Source: Candidatus Poribacteria bacterium (GTDB lineage: Bacteria > Poribacteria > WGA-4E > UBA9662). Taken from it: a stretch of 12,718 nt of DNA. Made by a program: the position numbers and the translations under genes. Within the stretch, counting starts at the first letter, position 1. Every line of letters starts with the position of its first letter. The DNA lies in the NCBI GenBank assembly GCA_046582655.1, contig JAYGDX010000192.1, positions 1 to 12,718 of the forward strand, read 5' to 3'. The notes below the pieces were generated by a model. The model did no database searches and was not told where the DNA came from. It saw only the letters and a program-made list of their open reading frames with translations. Below are positions 1 through 8,189 of the stretch, piece after piece.

Positions 1-1
1 T

Positions 2-646
2 TCTCAACAACAACTTGGGATTAAGGGGAAACGCCTGATTTATCTTAAAGGCAATCATGAACTGGCAGCTACCGAAGCCTATGCTATGTTAAAAAAAAAT
101 GGAATGGATGCCAGCAACCGAAAGCAGCTGATTGATCTACTATATAAGAGTGCTCAAGGTAGCTATTTTCGACAATTTAATTTTATAGAACGTATGACAG
201 ATGAACAATACGATTATTTGGTTAATCTGCCTGTTATTGCTGTGGGAAAAAATGGCATGGTCGCTGTTCATGCCGGCACTTCGCCTTCCGCCATGAATAT
301 AGCCGATCTTGTCCATCCTAACCAGACAGTGTTGAATCAGTTGCTGTGGGGGCGGCCCTCGATTGCAATGGCGGGAGGATATACAGCTTCACAAACCCAG
401 ACCTTCCTGGAACGAATTGGAGGTACATTCCTGATTGCCGGACATACCCCGCTAAATTCTCTGCCTCGAAAAGGAATCAGACATGGTGTCTCTTTACTTA
501 GCAAAAAACAACTTATTTTCGCAACTGGTTATGGCGCTCAACCGGGAGTTTCATCCTATTTAGCAATAGATCTTTCTAAGATGTATGCTTCCGTTTTTGC
601 ACTGAAATATAAGGCAGAAATATATCCGCTTTTTCCTGTTCAGTAA
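2..646 (+). CDS. Calcineurin-like metallophosphoesterase (Ser/Thr phosphatase/ApaH-like), 5'-truncated by the window edge
   Basis: The frame of ORF 86..646 stays open back to position 2 (SQQQLGIKGKRLIYLKGNHELA...). This adds the GNHE motif to the downstream VHAG, LLWGRP and GHTP motifs, the standard order in metallophosphoesterases. Confidence 0.85.
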   Translation, partial: SQQQLGIKGKRLIYLKGNHELAATEAYAMLKKNGMDASNRKQLIDLLYKSAQGSYFRQFNFIERMTDEQYDYLVNLPVIAVGKNGMVAVHAGTSPSAMNIADLVHPNQTVLNQLLWGRPSIAMAGGYTASQTQTFLERIGGTFLIAGHTPLNSLPRKGIRHGVSLLSKKQLIFATGYGAQPGVSSYLAIDLSKMYASVFALKYKAEIYPLFPVQ

Positions 647-662
647 GATCGCACAATTAAAC

Positions 663-696
663 CCCGTAATTGGTTTTGTGGCAGAAAAATTACGGG
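663..696. terminator. Possible stem-loop after the phosphoesterase gene
   Basis: CCCGTAATT (663-671) / AATTACGGG (688-696), a 9-bp perfect inverted repeat 16 nt after the stop. No clear U-tract on +. Confidence 0.3.
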
Positions 697-741
697 CCAA
701 CCATTTCCCAAACACCTAGAAAATGTATTTACTTTTCACCT

Positions 742-778
742 ATTACTATATTAAAATATAAATACTTAATATAGTAAT
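742..778. repeat. 13-bp perfect AT-rich inverted repeat
   Basis: ATTACTATATTAA (742-754) / TTAATATAGTAAT (766-778), 11-nt spacer. Confidence 0.6.
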
Positions 779-779
779 G

Positions 780-899
780 GACCTCTTGCATAAGTCAAAG
801 AAATATAAGTTCGGGGATTTTTGTGTCGCATATGTCACAGAATTTAGAGGCCTTCCAGCTAGAACTTTGGTGAGTATTACTATCTTAATGCAAGAGGTC
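780..899. mobile_element. Putative MITE (120 bp, non-coding)
   Basis: Perfect 12-bp terminal inverted repeats GACCTCTTGCAT (780-791) / ATGCAAGAGGTC (888-899), immediately flanked by a 5-bp direct repeat TAATG (775-779 and 900-904) consistent with a target-site duplication. Confidence 0.7.
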
Positions 900-930
900 T
901 AATGAAGTTTGTAAAGTTGAGGTTATAATC

Positions 931-1731
931 ATGTATAGTGAAAGAGTCACAAGGCTATTGAAAGCCTATTTGTTGGTGTCAGTTTTGATGTTATTCTGTT
1001 TCGTGTCTGTTAATTACGCCGATCTTAACGATCCAAGTTTATCTATCTATTACAGCTTTGATAATGTGGGAAATAAAGTTATCAAAGATGGTTCAAAATA
1101 CAAAAATGACGGTGAGGTTGTCGGAGGTGCCAAGTTCAGCGACGGGAAAAAAGGGAAAGCCATCGAACTCAAAGAGGGAGTTTGGATCAAAATTAATGGC
1201 CCTGAATTTAAGAATCTGCCGAAAGACGGTTTTACATTAGCAACCTGGGTTAACCACGAAGATTCGGCACAACCACAAAGTCTGTTTGATGCTATCGGTG
1301 ACAAGCATGGGGATGGTCTGTTTCACGTCGAGATCCGCCCAGCTGGTTTTCGTTTCTTCCACCGAAATGACGACAAAGCGACTGTGTTTAACATCAATCC
1401 TGGGCCAGTTATCAAAGGCAAAAAATGGCATCACTTTGCGGGTACTTATGATGGAAAAACCGGTGAGGTGGCCATCTATGTCGATGGTAAGAGAACCCAT
1501 AATGCCAAGGGGGCTAAAGTTAAGCTGGCAACCAACTGGAAGGCGACAGCTGGTATTGGACACCACAAAAATGGACGGTGGTACATGGGATTGCTGGACG
1601 AATTTTTCTTGTTTGCCCGTGCCATTAGCGAGAAAGAAGTCAAGGAAATTATGGATGGTGATTTTGTTACGCCCGTTAAGTCGCTAGATAAATTGTCAGT
1701 CACTTGGGGCGAGATTAAAGAAGGTCGATAA
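931..1731 (+). CDS. Secreted LamG-like jellyroll (concanavalin A-like lectin/glucanase) protein, copy 1
   Basis: N-terminal signal-peptide-like hydrophobic stretch. LamG motifs YYSFD, GKxGKA, FTLATWVN, KWHHFAGTYDG, IYVDG, GLLDEFFLFARAIS. C-terminal KLSVTWGEIK. GAGG RBS at 919-922. Confidence 0.9.
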   Translation: MYSERVTRLLKAYLLVSVLMLFCFVSVNYADLNDPSLSIYYSFDNVGNKVIKDGSKYKNDGEVVGGAKFSDGKKGKAIELKEGVWIKINGPEFKNLPKDGFTLATWVNHEDSAQPQSLFDAIGDKHGDGLFHVEIRPAGFRFFHRNDDKATVFNINPGPVIKGKKWHHFAGTYDGKTGEVAIYVDGKRTHNAKGAKVKLATNWKATAGIGHHKNGRWYMGLLDEFFLFARAISEKEVKEIMDGDFVTPVKSLDKLSVTWGEIKEGR

Positions 1732-1783
1732 CCATCGGATCCTTAATCTGCGACTGCTAAAAGTAGATAAAGGAATGAACCAA
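1030..1783 (+). repeat. Tandem duplication unit A (matches 2128-2878)
   Basis: Near-identical nucleotide sequence covering the mature LamG coding region and ~52 nt past the stop codon. Confidence 0.95.
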
Positions 1784-1785
1784 TA

Positions 1786-1818
1786 CTGGATGAATCCTGA
1801 CGTTCAGGGTTCATCCAG
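1786..1818. repeat. Strong hairpin (15-bp stem with one G-U pair, 3-nt loop)
   Basis: CTGGATGAATCCTGA-CGT-TCAGGGTTCATCCAG. No U-tract on either strand. Confidence 0.7.
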
Positions 1819-1977
1819 GAAGCTTAGGGCGAAGGCCGTTTGAAAAAGGCGAAACTATTTGACAAGATTGTGAATGGGTTCATTTTGCCGAAACATTATG
1901 ATAGAAAAAGTAGGCAAGCAGCAACTTTGTGCCTATGAGGAAAAAACTCATGATGTTAAAAGTGAATGTAAAGATTG

Positions 1978-2007
1978 TTGTACAATCCAACGGGGAATTG
2001 TTACAAT
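1978..2007 (+). promoter_or_regulatory. Candidate sigma70 promoter for LamG copy 2
   Basis: TTGTAC (1978-1983), 18 nt, then TG-T-TACAAT extended -10 (1999-2007). Confidence 0.4.
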
Positions 2008-2061
2008 GCTCAGAGAATCAGTGAGAGTTTGAATGCCAACACTAAGATAAGGAGTACCACT

Positions 2062-2826
2062 TTGAAAAAATTGTTTGCAATTGCCTTAACACTGGCATTT
2101 TGTGCCGCAACTTATGCTGGTCTCGATGATCCAGGTTTATCTATCTATTACAGCTTTGATGACGTAAAAAATGATGTTGTCAAAGATGGTTCAAAATACA
2201 AGAATGATGGTGAGATTGTAGGAGGTGCCAAATTCAACGACGGAAAAGTAGGGAAAGCCATCGAACTCAAGCAGGGAGTTTGGATCAAAATTAATGGTCC
2301 TGAGTTTAAGAATCTGCCGAAGGACGGTTTTACATTAGCAACCTGGGTTAACCACGAGGATTCGGCACAACCACAAAGTCTGTTTGATGCTATCGGAGAC
2401 AAACATGGGGATGGTCTGTTTCATGTCGAAATTCGTCCAGCTGGTTTTCGATTCTTCCACCGAAACGACGATCAGGCTCAAGTATTTAACATCAATCCTG
2501 GGCCAATCATCAAAGGCAAAAAATGGCATCATTTTGTGGGCACTTATGATGGAAAAACCGGTGAGGTGGCCATCTATGTCGATGGTAAGAGAACCCACGA
2601 GGCTAAGGGCGCTAAAGCTAAGCTAGCAACCAACTGGAAGGTGACAGCTGGTATCGGACACCACAAAAATGGACGGTGGTACATGGGATTGCTGGACGAA
2701 TTTTTCTTGTTTGCCCGTGCTATCAGCAAAGAAGAAGTCAAGGAAATCATGAACGATGATTTTCTTGCCGTTAAGTCACTAGATAAATTGTCAGTCACTT
2801 GGGGCGAGATTAAAGAAGGTCGATAA
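2062..2826 (+). CDS. Secreted LamG-like jellyroll protein, copy 2
   Basis: About 90% identical to copy 1 over the mature region. Start placed at TTG 2062 because AAGGAG lies at 2049-2054 and the product then begins with a classic signal peptide (MKKLFAIALTLAFCAATYA). Confidence 0.9.
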   Translation: MKKLFAIALTLAFCAATYAGLDDPGLSIYYSFDDVKNDVVKDGSKYKNDGEIVGGAKFNDGKVGKAIELKQGVWIKINGPEFKNLPKDGFTLATWVNHEDSAQPQSLFDAIGDKHGDGLFHVEIRPAGFRFFHRNDDQAQVFNINPGPIIKGKKWHHFVGTYDGKTGEVAIYVDGKRTHEAKGAKAKLATNWKVTAGIGHHKNGRWYMGLLDEFFLFARAISKEEVKEIMNDDFLAVKSLDKLSVTWGEIKEGR

Positions 2827-2878
2827 CCATCGGATCCTTAATCCGCGACCGTTAAAAGTAGATAAAGGAATGAACCAA
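2128..2878 (+). repeat. Tandem duplication unit B (matches 1030-1783)
   Basis: Same sequence with scattered substitutions and one 3-nt deletion near the 3' end of the gene. Confidence 0.95.
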
Positions 2879-3346
2879 AAATCAATGACAACCAATACGG
2901 ACTGAAAATAGAAAGCTTGTGACGGCTTAAATCAAGACCAGATTCGTTTAGAACTGGAACATGGTGGTAGAGGTTCAGTTTTGCCGCTGGTTATGACAAA
3001 TCAAAACCGTTTAGCGGCAAATTTTGGGATGCTTGAAAAGCCCATATTCGACTAAACGACTAACGGGCCAACCTGCAATTTCCCGATAGTTTTTGAAAGC
3101 ATCTTTAGGCGTCTGATAATTAACCTAAGTCGTTACCTTTAGATCTGCCCTAATTTCGGCATCAGGAATCGTTGATCTACCAATTAGGATGAATTTCAGT
3201 TTGGTTGAGACTGCTTATTTCAGGATGAACCAACCAAAGGTAACATCCTAGGTTAATTGTTTTTGATAACTAAATTTTTCCAAACTATACGATTCATGTT
3301 GTTCATCTTACCTAGCGAAAGACTTAAAAAAACTTAGTTAACTCGT

Positions 3347-4120
3347 ATGAAAATTTGTGTTTGCGTCAAGCAAGTCCCTGATACAACTGCTAGCATTAAA
3401 CTGCAAGAGGATAAAAGTCGGATCGATACCAGCGACATACAGTGGATTATTTCGCCTTATGATGAACTGGCTATTGAAGAAGCCCTACAAGTACGTGACA
3501 AGTATACAGATAGCATGGTGACTGTGCTTTCAGCTGGTCCTCCAAGAGCAATTGATTCTATTCGTATGGCTTTGGCTATGGGAGTGGATTCCGGTATCCA
3601 TTTGGAGATTCCTGAGGATGCTGATTCCTTTTTGACAGCCAAAGCCTTAGCAGTCGGTATACAACAGATGGAAATGCCAAATCTCATTTTCACGGGTAAA
3701 GAAGCTATTGATGATGGTGCCTCACAAGTTAGTCAATTGCTGTCTGGATTCCTTGGGTTTTCCTGTGTCACTTCGGTACAAAAGATTACATATAGTAACG
3801 ATTTAATTACTTGTAGGCGCGACGTCGGAGGAGGTAGCACCGAAATCATTGAGGCTAAACTGCCGGCTATTGTCGCGGTGCAATTTGGTTTGAACCAACC
3901 TCGATACGCAACAGCCCTCAATATTATCAAAGCCAAGCGTAGTGATGTCAGAACAATAACGATGTCAGATCTGGGGCTCTCGGTATCCGATCAAAAACTC
4001 CGTTACAAAAATTTTGAGTTGATGCCACCAAAAGACAACTGTCAATTCATAACAGGTGACCCAAAAAATCAAGCTGAACAATTAGTACACCTTTTAAAAG
4101 AAGAGATTAAGGTTATCTAA
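3347..4120 (+). CDS. etfB: Electron transfer flavoprotein beta subunit (EtfB/FixA family)
   Basis: MKICVCVKQVPDT, ISPYDELAIEEAL, ALAMGVD, GKEAIDD..SQV and NQPRY motifs. Confidence 0.97.
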   Translation: MKICVCVKQVPDTTASIKLQEDKSRIDTSDIQWIISPYDELAIEEALQVRDKYTDSMVTVLSAGPPRAIDSIRMALAMGVDSGIHLEIPEDADSFLTAKALAVGIQQMEMPNLIFTGKEAIDDGASQVSQLLSGFLGFSCVTSVQKITYSNDLITCRRDVGGGSTEIIEAKLPAIVAVQFGLNQPRYATALNIIKAKRSDVRTITMSDLGLSVSDQKLRYKNFELMPPKDNCQFITGDPKNQAEQLVHLLKEEIKVI

Positions 4121-4125
4121 CGCTG

Positions 4126-5076
4126 ATGAAAATATTAATCATTGTCGAACAACAAAATGGCCAATTGCTTGAAAGTTCATTAGAACTTTTCGGAATTCCC
4201 TTCTCTGATGACGCAGAAATTCATGCTGCCTTGCTATGCAACCACTCAGCAGCCTTGGTTGATACTTTGATTAGCCATAACGTTACTACAATACATTTAG
4301 CCCAAGATCCAGCCTTGGACAACTACTTGGCTGAGAGCCATGCGACAGTGCTAACCAGAGTTATTGAGTCGGAATCTCCTGATGTGGTTTTGGCCGCTTG
4401 TACATCAGTTGGGAGAGATCTAATGCCTCACTTGGCTGTTCTGCTTAATGTTGGTTTGGCAAGCGACTGTGTCAGTATTTCCTTTGAGGATGGCAACCTA
4501 ATTGCCCGTCGTCCCTTATATGCTGGCAAAGCCAGTGTTGAAATTGAGTTTATTGACCAAGGTACCAAACTCGTAAGTGTTCGCCCCAAAACTTTTCCCA
4601 TACCGAAACCTAATTCTGGAAATGCTGCAGAAATTGAAAACGTTGTTGTCAACCTGCCCAATCCAAAAACTGTTCTTAAAGATTGCGTCGTAGCAGAAAG
4701 TAAACGGCCAGACCTTGCTGAGGCTGCCATTGTTGTGTCTGGCGGTAGATCTTTAGGCAGCGTGGGAAATTTCAAAATCATTGAAGAATTCGCCGATCAA
4801 ATTGGGGCTGCTGTTGGAGCCTCTCGTGCTGCCGTTGATTCTGGCTATCGGCCTTATCAAGACCAAGTAGGACTAACAGGCAAAGTCGTCTCACCTGAAG
4901 TTTATATCGCTTGCGGCATCAGTGGTGCTATTCAGCACTTAGCAGGCATGCGTACTTCCAAAAATGTAATCGCAATCAATACCGATCCCAACGCACCTAT
5001 CTTCCAAATTTCCGATTATGGCGTTGTTGGTGATTTATTCACAATTCTTCCGCTACTGACCCAGATGTTGCAGTAA
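4126..5076 (+). CDS. etfA: Electron transfer flavoprotein alpha subunit (EtfA/FixB family)
   Basis: IVVSGGRS, GASRAAVD, QVGLTGK, YIACGISGAIQHLAGM, AINTDPNAPIF FAD-binding motifs. Starts 5 nt after etfB. Confidence 0.97.
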   Translation: MKILIIVEQQNGQLLESSLELFGIPFSDDAEIHAALLCNHSAALVDTLISHNVTTIHLAQDPALDNYLAESHATVLTRVIESESPDVVLAACTSVGRDLMPHLAVLLNVGLASDCVSISFEDGNLIARRPLYAGKASVEIEFIDQGTKLVSVRPKTFPIPKPNSGNAAEIENVVVNLPNPKTVLKDCVVAESKRPDLAEAAIVVSGGRSLGSVGNFKIIEEFADQIGAAVGASRAAVDSGYRPYQDQVGLTGKVVSPEVYIACGISGAIQHLAGMRTSKNVIAINTDPNAPIFQISDYGVVGDLFTILPLLTQMLQ

Positions 5077-5285
5077 TTTATAAATTAAAGATATTGATTT
5101 GGTGGGCATCAGTTGTTGCTACGTTTTATTTGGCTCGATCTATGGTATGATGTGTTATCGGAATTATTTGGACGTTGATTATAAAATTAATCGACGGATT
5201 CTTGTTCAATGCAACTCTTGAGAGTTTGATATTGCTGATTAGCTCTAAGCGATTTTTTTCTGATAGTTAGTTGATGAGGCCACAT

Positions 5286-6119
5286 ATGATTTTATCTGAA
5301 GAGCAAGCTAAGCAATGGGAAGAAGACGGGTATCTACTTTTAAAACAAGCTATTTCACTACCCATTATAGAGGGTGTTCGCCAACTTTTTTCCAAAATGG
5401 TTGACCGTATTATCAGTGAATTAAAATCCGAAGGTCTGGTAGAAGACGAGGGGAAGAATCTTCCCTTTGAAACGCGATTACTCAAGGTTGCGGGGACACA
5501 TGCCAATCGATTTGGCCGGTCATGGCGTAACCAAGTGGCGGGGAAAGCGGTTTATGAGCTACACCACGCGGAACCCCTAGTTACAGCCATTGGTGAGATC
5601 ACTGGTACCGATGTAATTGGGCATCCGGTTTTTAACGCCCGTCCCAAACTTCCAAATCAACAACTTACGGTGGTTCCTTGGCACCAAGACAGTGGTTACT
5701 TCGGTGCACAAAGTGAGTCTGCACTGATTCCGGCGGCATGGATTCCTTTGGTGCCCGTTGATGAAACCAACGGCTGTTTACAGGTCGTAGCTGGATCACA
5801 TAAAATAGGTTTACTGAATCACCACACTGAAGATCGAGAAGGACAGTTTCTCGAAATTCTGGATTCTCTCATCGACGAATCGCAGATCATTACCTGCCCG
5901 ATGGAGATGGGAGATGCACTCCTGTTTCACAATTTAACATTACACCGATCGACAGTCCATACCACCAGTAATATGATCCGGTGGGCAATTGATATCCGCT
6001 ATGTTCGTGATGACGATGATGCCGGAGCGATATATTGGAAAGATCCAGACTTTAAGTGGGTAATTCGCAGCCAAACAAAGCCGATTACACCGCTTGACGC
6101 TTGGTTGGCTAAATGGTAG
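5286..6119 (+). CDS. Phytanoyl-CoA dioxygenase (PhyH) family Fe(II)/2-oxoglutarate dioxygenase
   Basis: WEEDGYL, WHQD (HxD), WIPL..NGCL..GSH, distal LHRS histidine and RWAID arginine. Start set at ATG 5286 (GAGG at 5276-5279); 5274 is an alternative. Confidence 0.93.
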   Translation: MILSEEQAKQWEEDGYLLLKQAISLPIIEGVRQLFSKMVDRIISELKSEGLVEDEGKNLPFETRLLKVAGTHANRFGRSWRNQVAGKAVYELHHAEPLVTAIGEITGTDVIGHPVFNARPKLPNQQLTVVPWHQDSGYFGAQSESALIPAAWIPLVPVDETNGCLQVVAGSHKIGLLNHHTEDREGQFLEILDSLIDESQIITCPMEMGDALLFHNLTLHRSTVHTTSNMIRWAIDIRYVRDDDDAGAIYWKDPDFKWVIRSQTKPITPLDAWLAKW

Positions 6120-6179
6120 ATTGAAGGTTTAACCAGATGATATTCACCATTTAAAGGCTGAGAAAGCGAGAGATTAAGT

Positions 6180-7010
6180 ATGTCTGTCAATTTCAAGCAG
6201 CATATTGAGACCTACAAGAGAGATGGCTTTGCTGTCTTTCCCAATTTGTACAGCACAGATCAGATACAGCAATGGCGAAAAAGACACGCGGAATTGATGG
6301 AAGATTACGAAGGGCAGACCTGGTTTGGCAACATGTTGGAATACGCACCCAAACTGATGTGGCCGGCGGTTAGCCACCCGGTGATTCTCGACTTTCTAGA
6401 ACAAGTGATGGGACCATTTGTTCAGTTGGACAATCTAACGCTGGCAGCTTTCCCATCAGGATCAACTGAGGAGACAGAAAACAAAGTTTCGGGCTGGCAC
6501 AGAGACCGATGGGCTCACTTGCCGCAGGACGGAATCTACAGACCGCCAACAGCCTCCAATGCTATCAGTTACTTGCAAGACCTGACAGATGGTTTTGGAC
6601 CTTTGCGCGTGATTTCCGGATCTCATCGAAATCCCGTTACGATTGAAGATGCTGAAGCCCGTTCTAAACCGCATGTAGATGAGACGTTGATCTATATGAA
6701 AGCGGGCGATGTTGTTGTGACACATAACGGCTTAATTCACTCTGGCACACCCAACACTTCTGGTCAATGGCGCTATTTCTTCAGTGTCTACTACAACTCC
6801 AGTTGGCTCAAATACACGGACAATCATAACGGCCCATTGACACAGCGGATACTGGCTGAAGCCCGTTCTCGCAACGATTACCGCCAAATGCGTTTGCTTG
6901 GTGACGAACCGCAACTTCAAGCACGAAGCAATTCTGGGTTTTTGGTTCCTGATCAACAAAGATGGCAAGAGTGGATTGCTGCTGACCGTAACGCGATTAA
7001 GTCTGATTAG
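6180..7010 (+). CDS. Second PhyH-family Fe(II)/2OG dioxygenase
   Basis: YKRDGF, GWHRD (HxD), YLQD..GPLRVISGSH, KAGD...HSG.PN...R. Confidence 0.92.
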   Translation: MSVNFKQHIETYKRDGFAVFPNLYSTDQIQQWRKRHAELMEDYEGQTWFGNMLEYAPKLMWPAVSHPVILDFLEQVMGPFVQLDNLTLAAFPSGSTEETENKVSGWHRDRWAHLPQDGIYRPPTASNAISYLQDLTDGFGPLRVISGSHRNPVTIEDAEARSKPHVDETLIYMKAGDVVVTHNGLIHSGTPNTSGQWRYFFSVYYNSSWLKYTDNHNGPLTQRILAEARSRNDYRQMRLLGDEPQLQARSNSGFLVPDQQRWQEWIAADRNAIKSD

Positions 7011-7264
7011 TACATTGTGCTTTCTGTGCTCTTTGGACGTGAGTGTTCAGTTCTTTCTTTTTTTATAGCAGTTTGAGAGACCGTATCATTATTGATAGGA
7101 GTCATTGAATTCTGGGTTTTCGTTCCCTCAAAAATTTGCACCTCGCAGTTTGAACTACCTTCGCAACAAGTGACACTAACCTGATGACATTTGGCACATT
7201 GATAATGGCCATGCACGAAAACTATCGGGGCATGATAGCCGCAAAAATCACATCTCTTCGACAT
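7007..7264 (-). CDS. Small Cys/His-rich putative metal-binding (zinc-ribbon-like) protein
   Basis: CxxC-x9-HGHYQCxxC-x6-CC-x5-C in the first 40 aa. AGGGA RBS; starts 9 nt after the hydrolase stop; its stop overlaps the convergent phyH stop. Confidence 0.7.
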   Translation of the reverse strand: MSKRCDFCGYHAPIVFVHGHYQCAKCHQVSVTCCEGSSNCEVQIFEGTKTQNSMTPINNDTVSQTAIKKERTEHSRPKSTESTMY

Positions 7265-7273
7265 TTACAATCC

Positions 7274-8158
7274 CTACCAGTTGAGGAGCCAACGACGCAT
7301 CACCTGAGTTACACGTTCCGAGGCATCGTGTTGAACGAAATGACCAGCACCAGGAATAGTAACCAATGTCAACTCATTGTCAATCCACTTCCATGTATCG
7401 TTTAATGCACCAGGTAACAATGCCCAGTCTTCCAAACCGTGGAACATCAACACTGGACACTTAACCTTGATGACTGGTTCATCACTTTCTGTATAGGGTG
7501 GACGTGGATAGTTAGCTTTGTAATAATTTAGCATCGCTTCAAAATCAGATTTCTCAAATGCGTCGATGTAAGAAGTTTTGGCGTCTGGATCTGTGACCCA
7601 ACCAGCCAAAACTTCTGCTGTCAGTTGCAGATGCGCGTTAGGTTCTTGGAAATTCCGGGCATATTGACTATTCTTCTGTTGCTCCGGATTGCTTGCTAAT
7701 TCTCGTTGTAATCCTTTGAAGTGAGGTAAATTGCAGATAATTAATTTCTTCACCATATCCGGTTGCATCATGGCGAGAGTCCAAGCAATGGCACCACCCC
7801 AATCGTGTCCAACAACAACGGCTTTTTCTTCACCCAAATGATGGATGACGGCTGAAATATCACTTGCCAGTCGAGGCATAGCGTAACTTTCGACACCTGG
7901 AGGCTTGTCACTGAGATTGTATCCACGGAGATCAACAGCTGCTACGCGAAATTTATCCGCTAATCCCTTCATTTGATTTCGCCAAGAATACCAAAAATCA
8001 GGAAAGCCATGAATCATTACCACTAATGGCCCATCTCCCATCACGGCATAGTGGATCCTAATACCTTCATTATCAGCAAAATCATGCTGCACTTGGGATA
8101 AAATCGAGTTATTCGCGGAAGCAGTCATCAACCCAATAAGCATCAGCATTGTGTTCAT
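7274..8158 (-). CDS. Alpha/beta-fold hydrolase, epoxide hydrolase/dehalogenase subgroup
   Basis: HGFPD oxyanion motif, [16 protein letters not shown] (Asp nucleophile), lid tyrosines (SQY, NYY), acid Asp (LEDW), GHFVQ catalytic His. Confidence 0.93.
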   Translation of the reverse strand: MNTMLMLIGLMTASANNSILSQVQHDFADNEGIRIHYAVMGDGPLVVMIHGFPDFWYSWRNQMKGLADKFRVAAVDLRGYNLSDKPPGVESYAMPRLASDISAVIHHLGEEKAVVVGHDWGGAIAWTLAMMQPDMVKKLIICNLPHFKGLQRELASNPEQQKNSQYARNFQEPNAHLQLTAEVLAGWVTDPDAKTSYIDAFEKSDFEAMLNYYKANYPRPPYTESDEPVIKVKCPVLMFHGLEDWALLPGALNDTWKWIDNELTLVTIPGAGHFVQHDASERVTQVMRRWLLNW

Positions 8159-8189
8159 AACATTATTCCTTTTTTCTTTTCACCTTTTT

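Noticed and set aside
1775..1843. Short ORFs starting MNQ after each LamG copy (22 aa here, 11 aa at 2870)
   Set aside because: AAGGA directly abuts the ATG and the peptides diverge after three codons.
1975..2061. Longer N-terminus for LamG copy 2
   Set aside because: The RBS and signal peptide point to TTG 2062, and the extension overlaps a promoter-like sequence.
1050..2798. Duplicated antisense and alternate-frame ORFs within the LamG genes
   Set aside because: They recur only because the underlying DNA is duplicated; shadows of the real genes.
931..2826. LamG pair as template/variable repeats of a diversity-generating retroelement
   Set aside because: Both copies are full intact genes, differences are not confined to adenines (many C/T synonymous changes), and no reverse transcriptase is present in the window.
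2827..3346. FMN riboswitch, tRNA or other known RNA upstream of etfB
   Set aside because: No RFN-box or tRNA consensus motifs recognisable.
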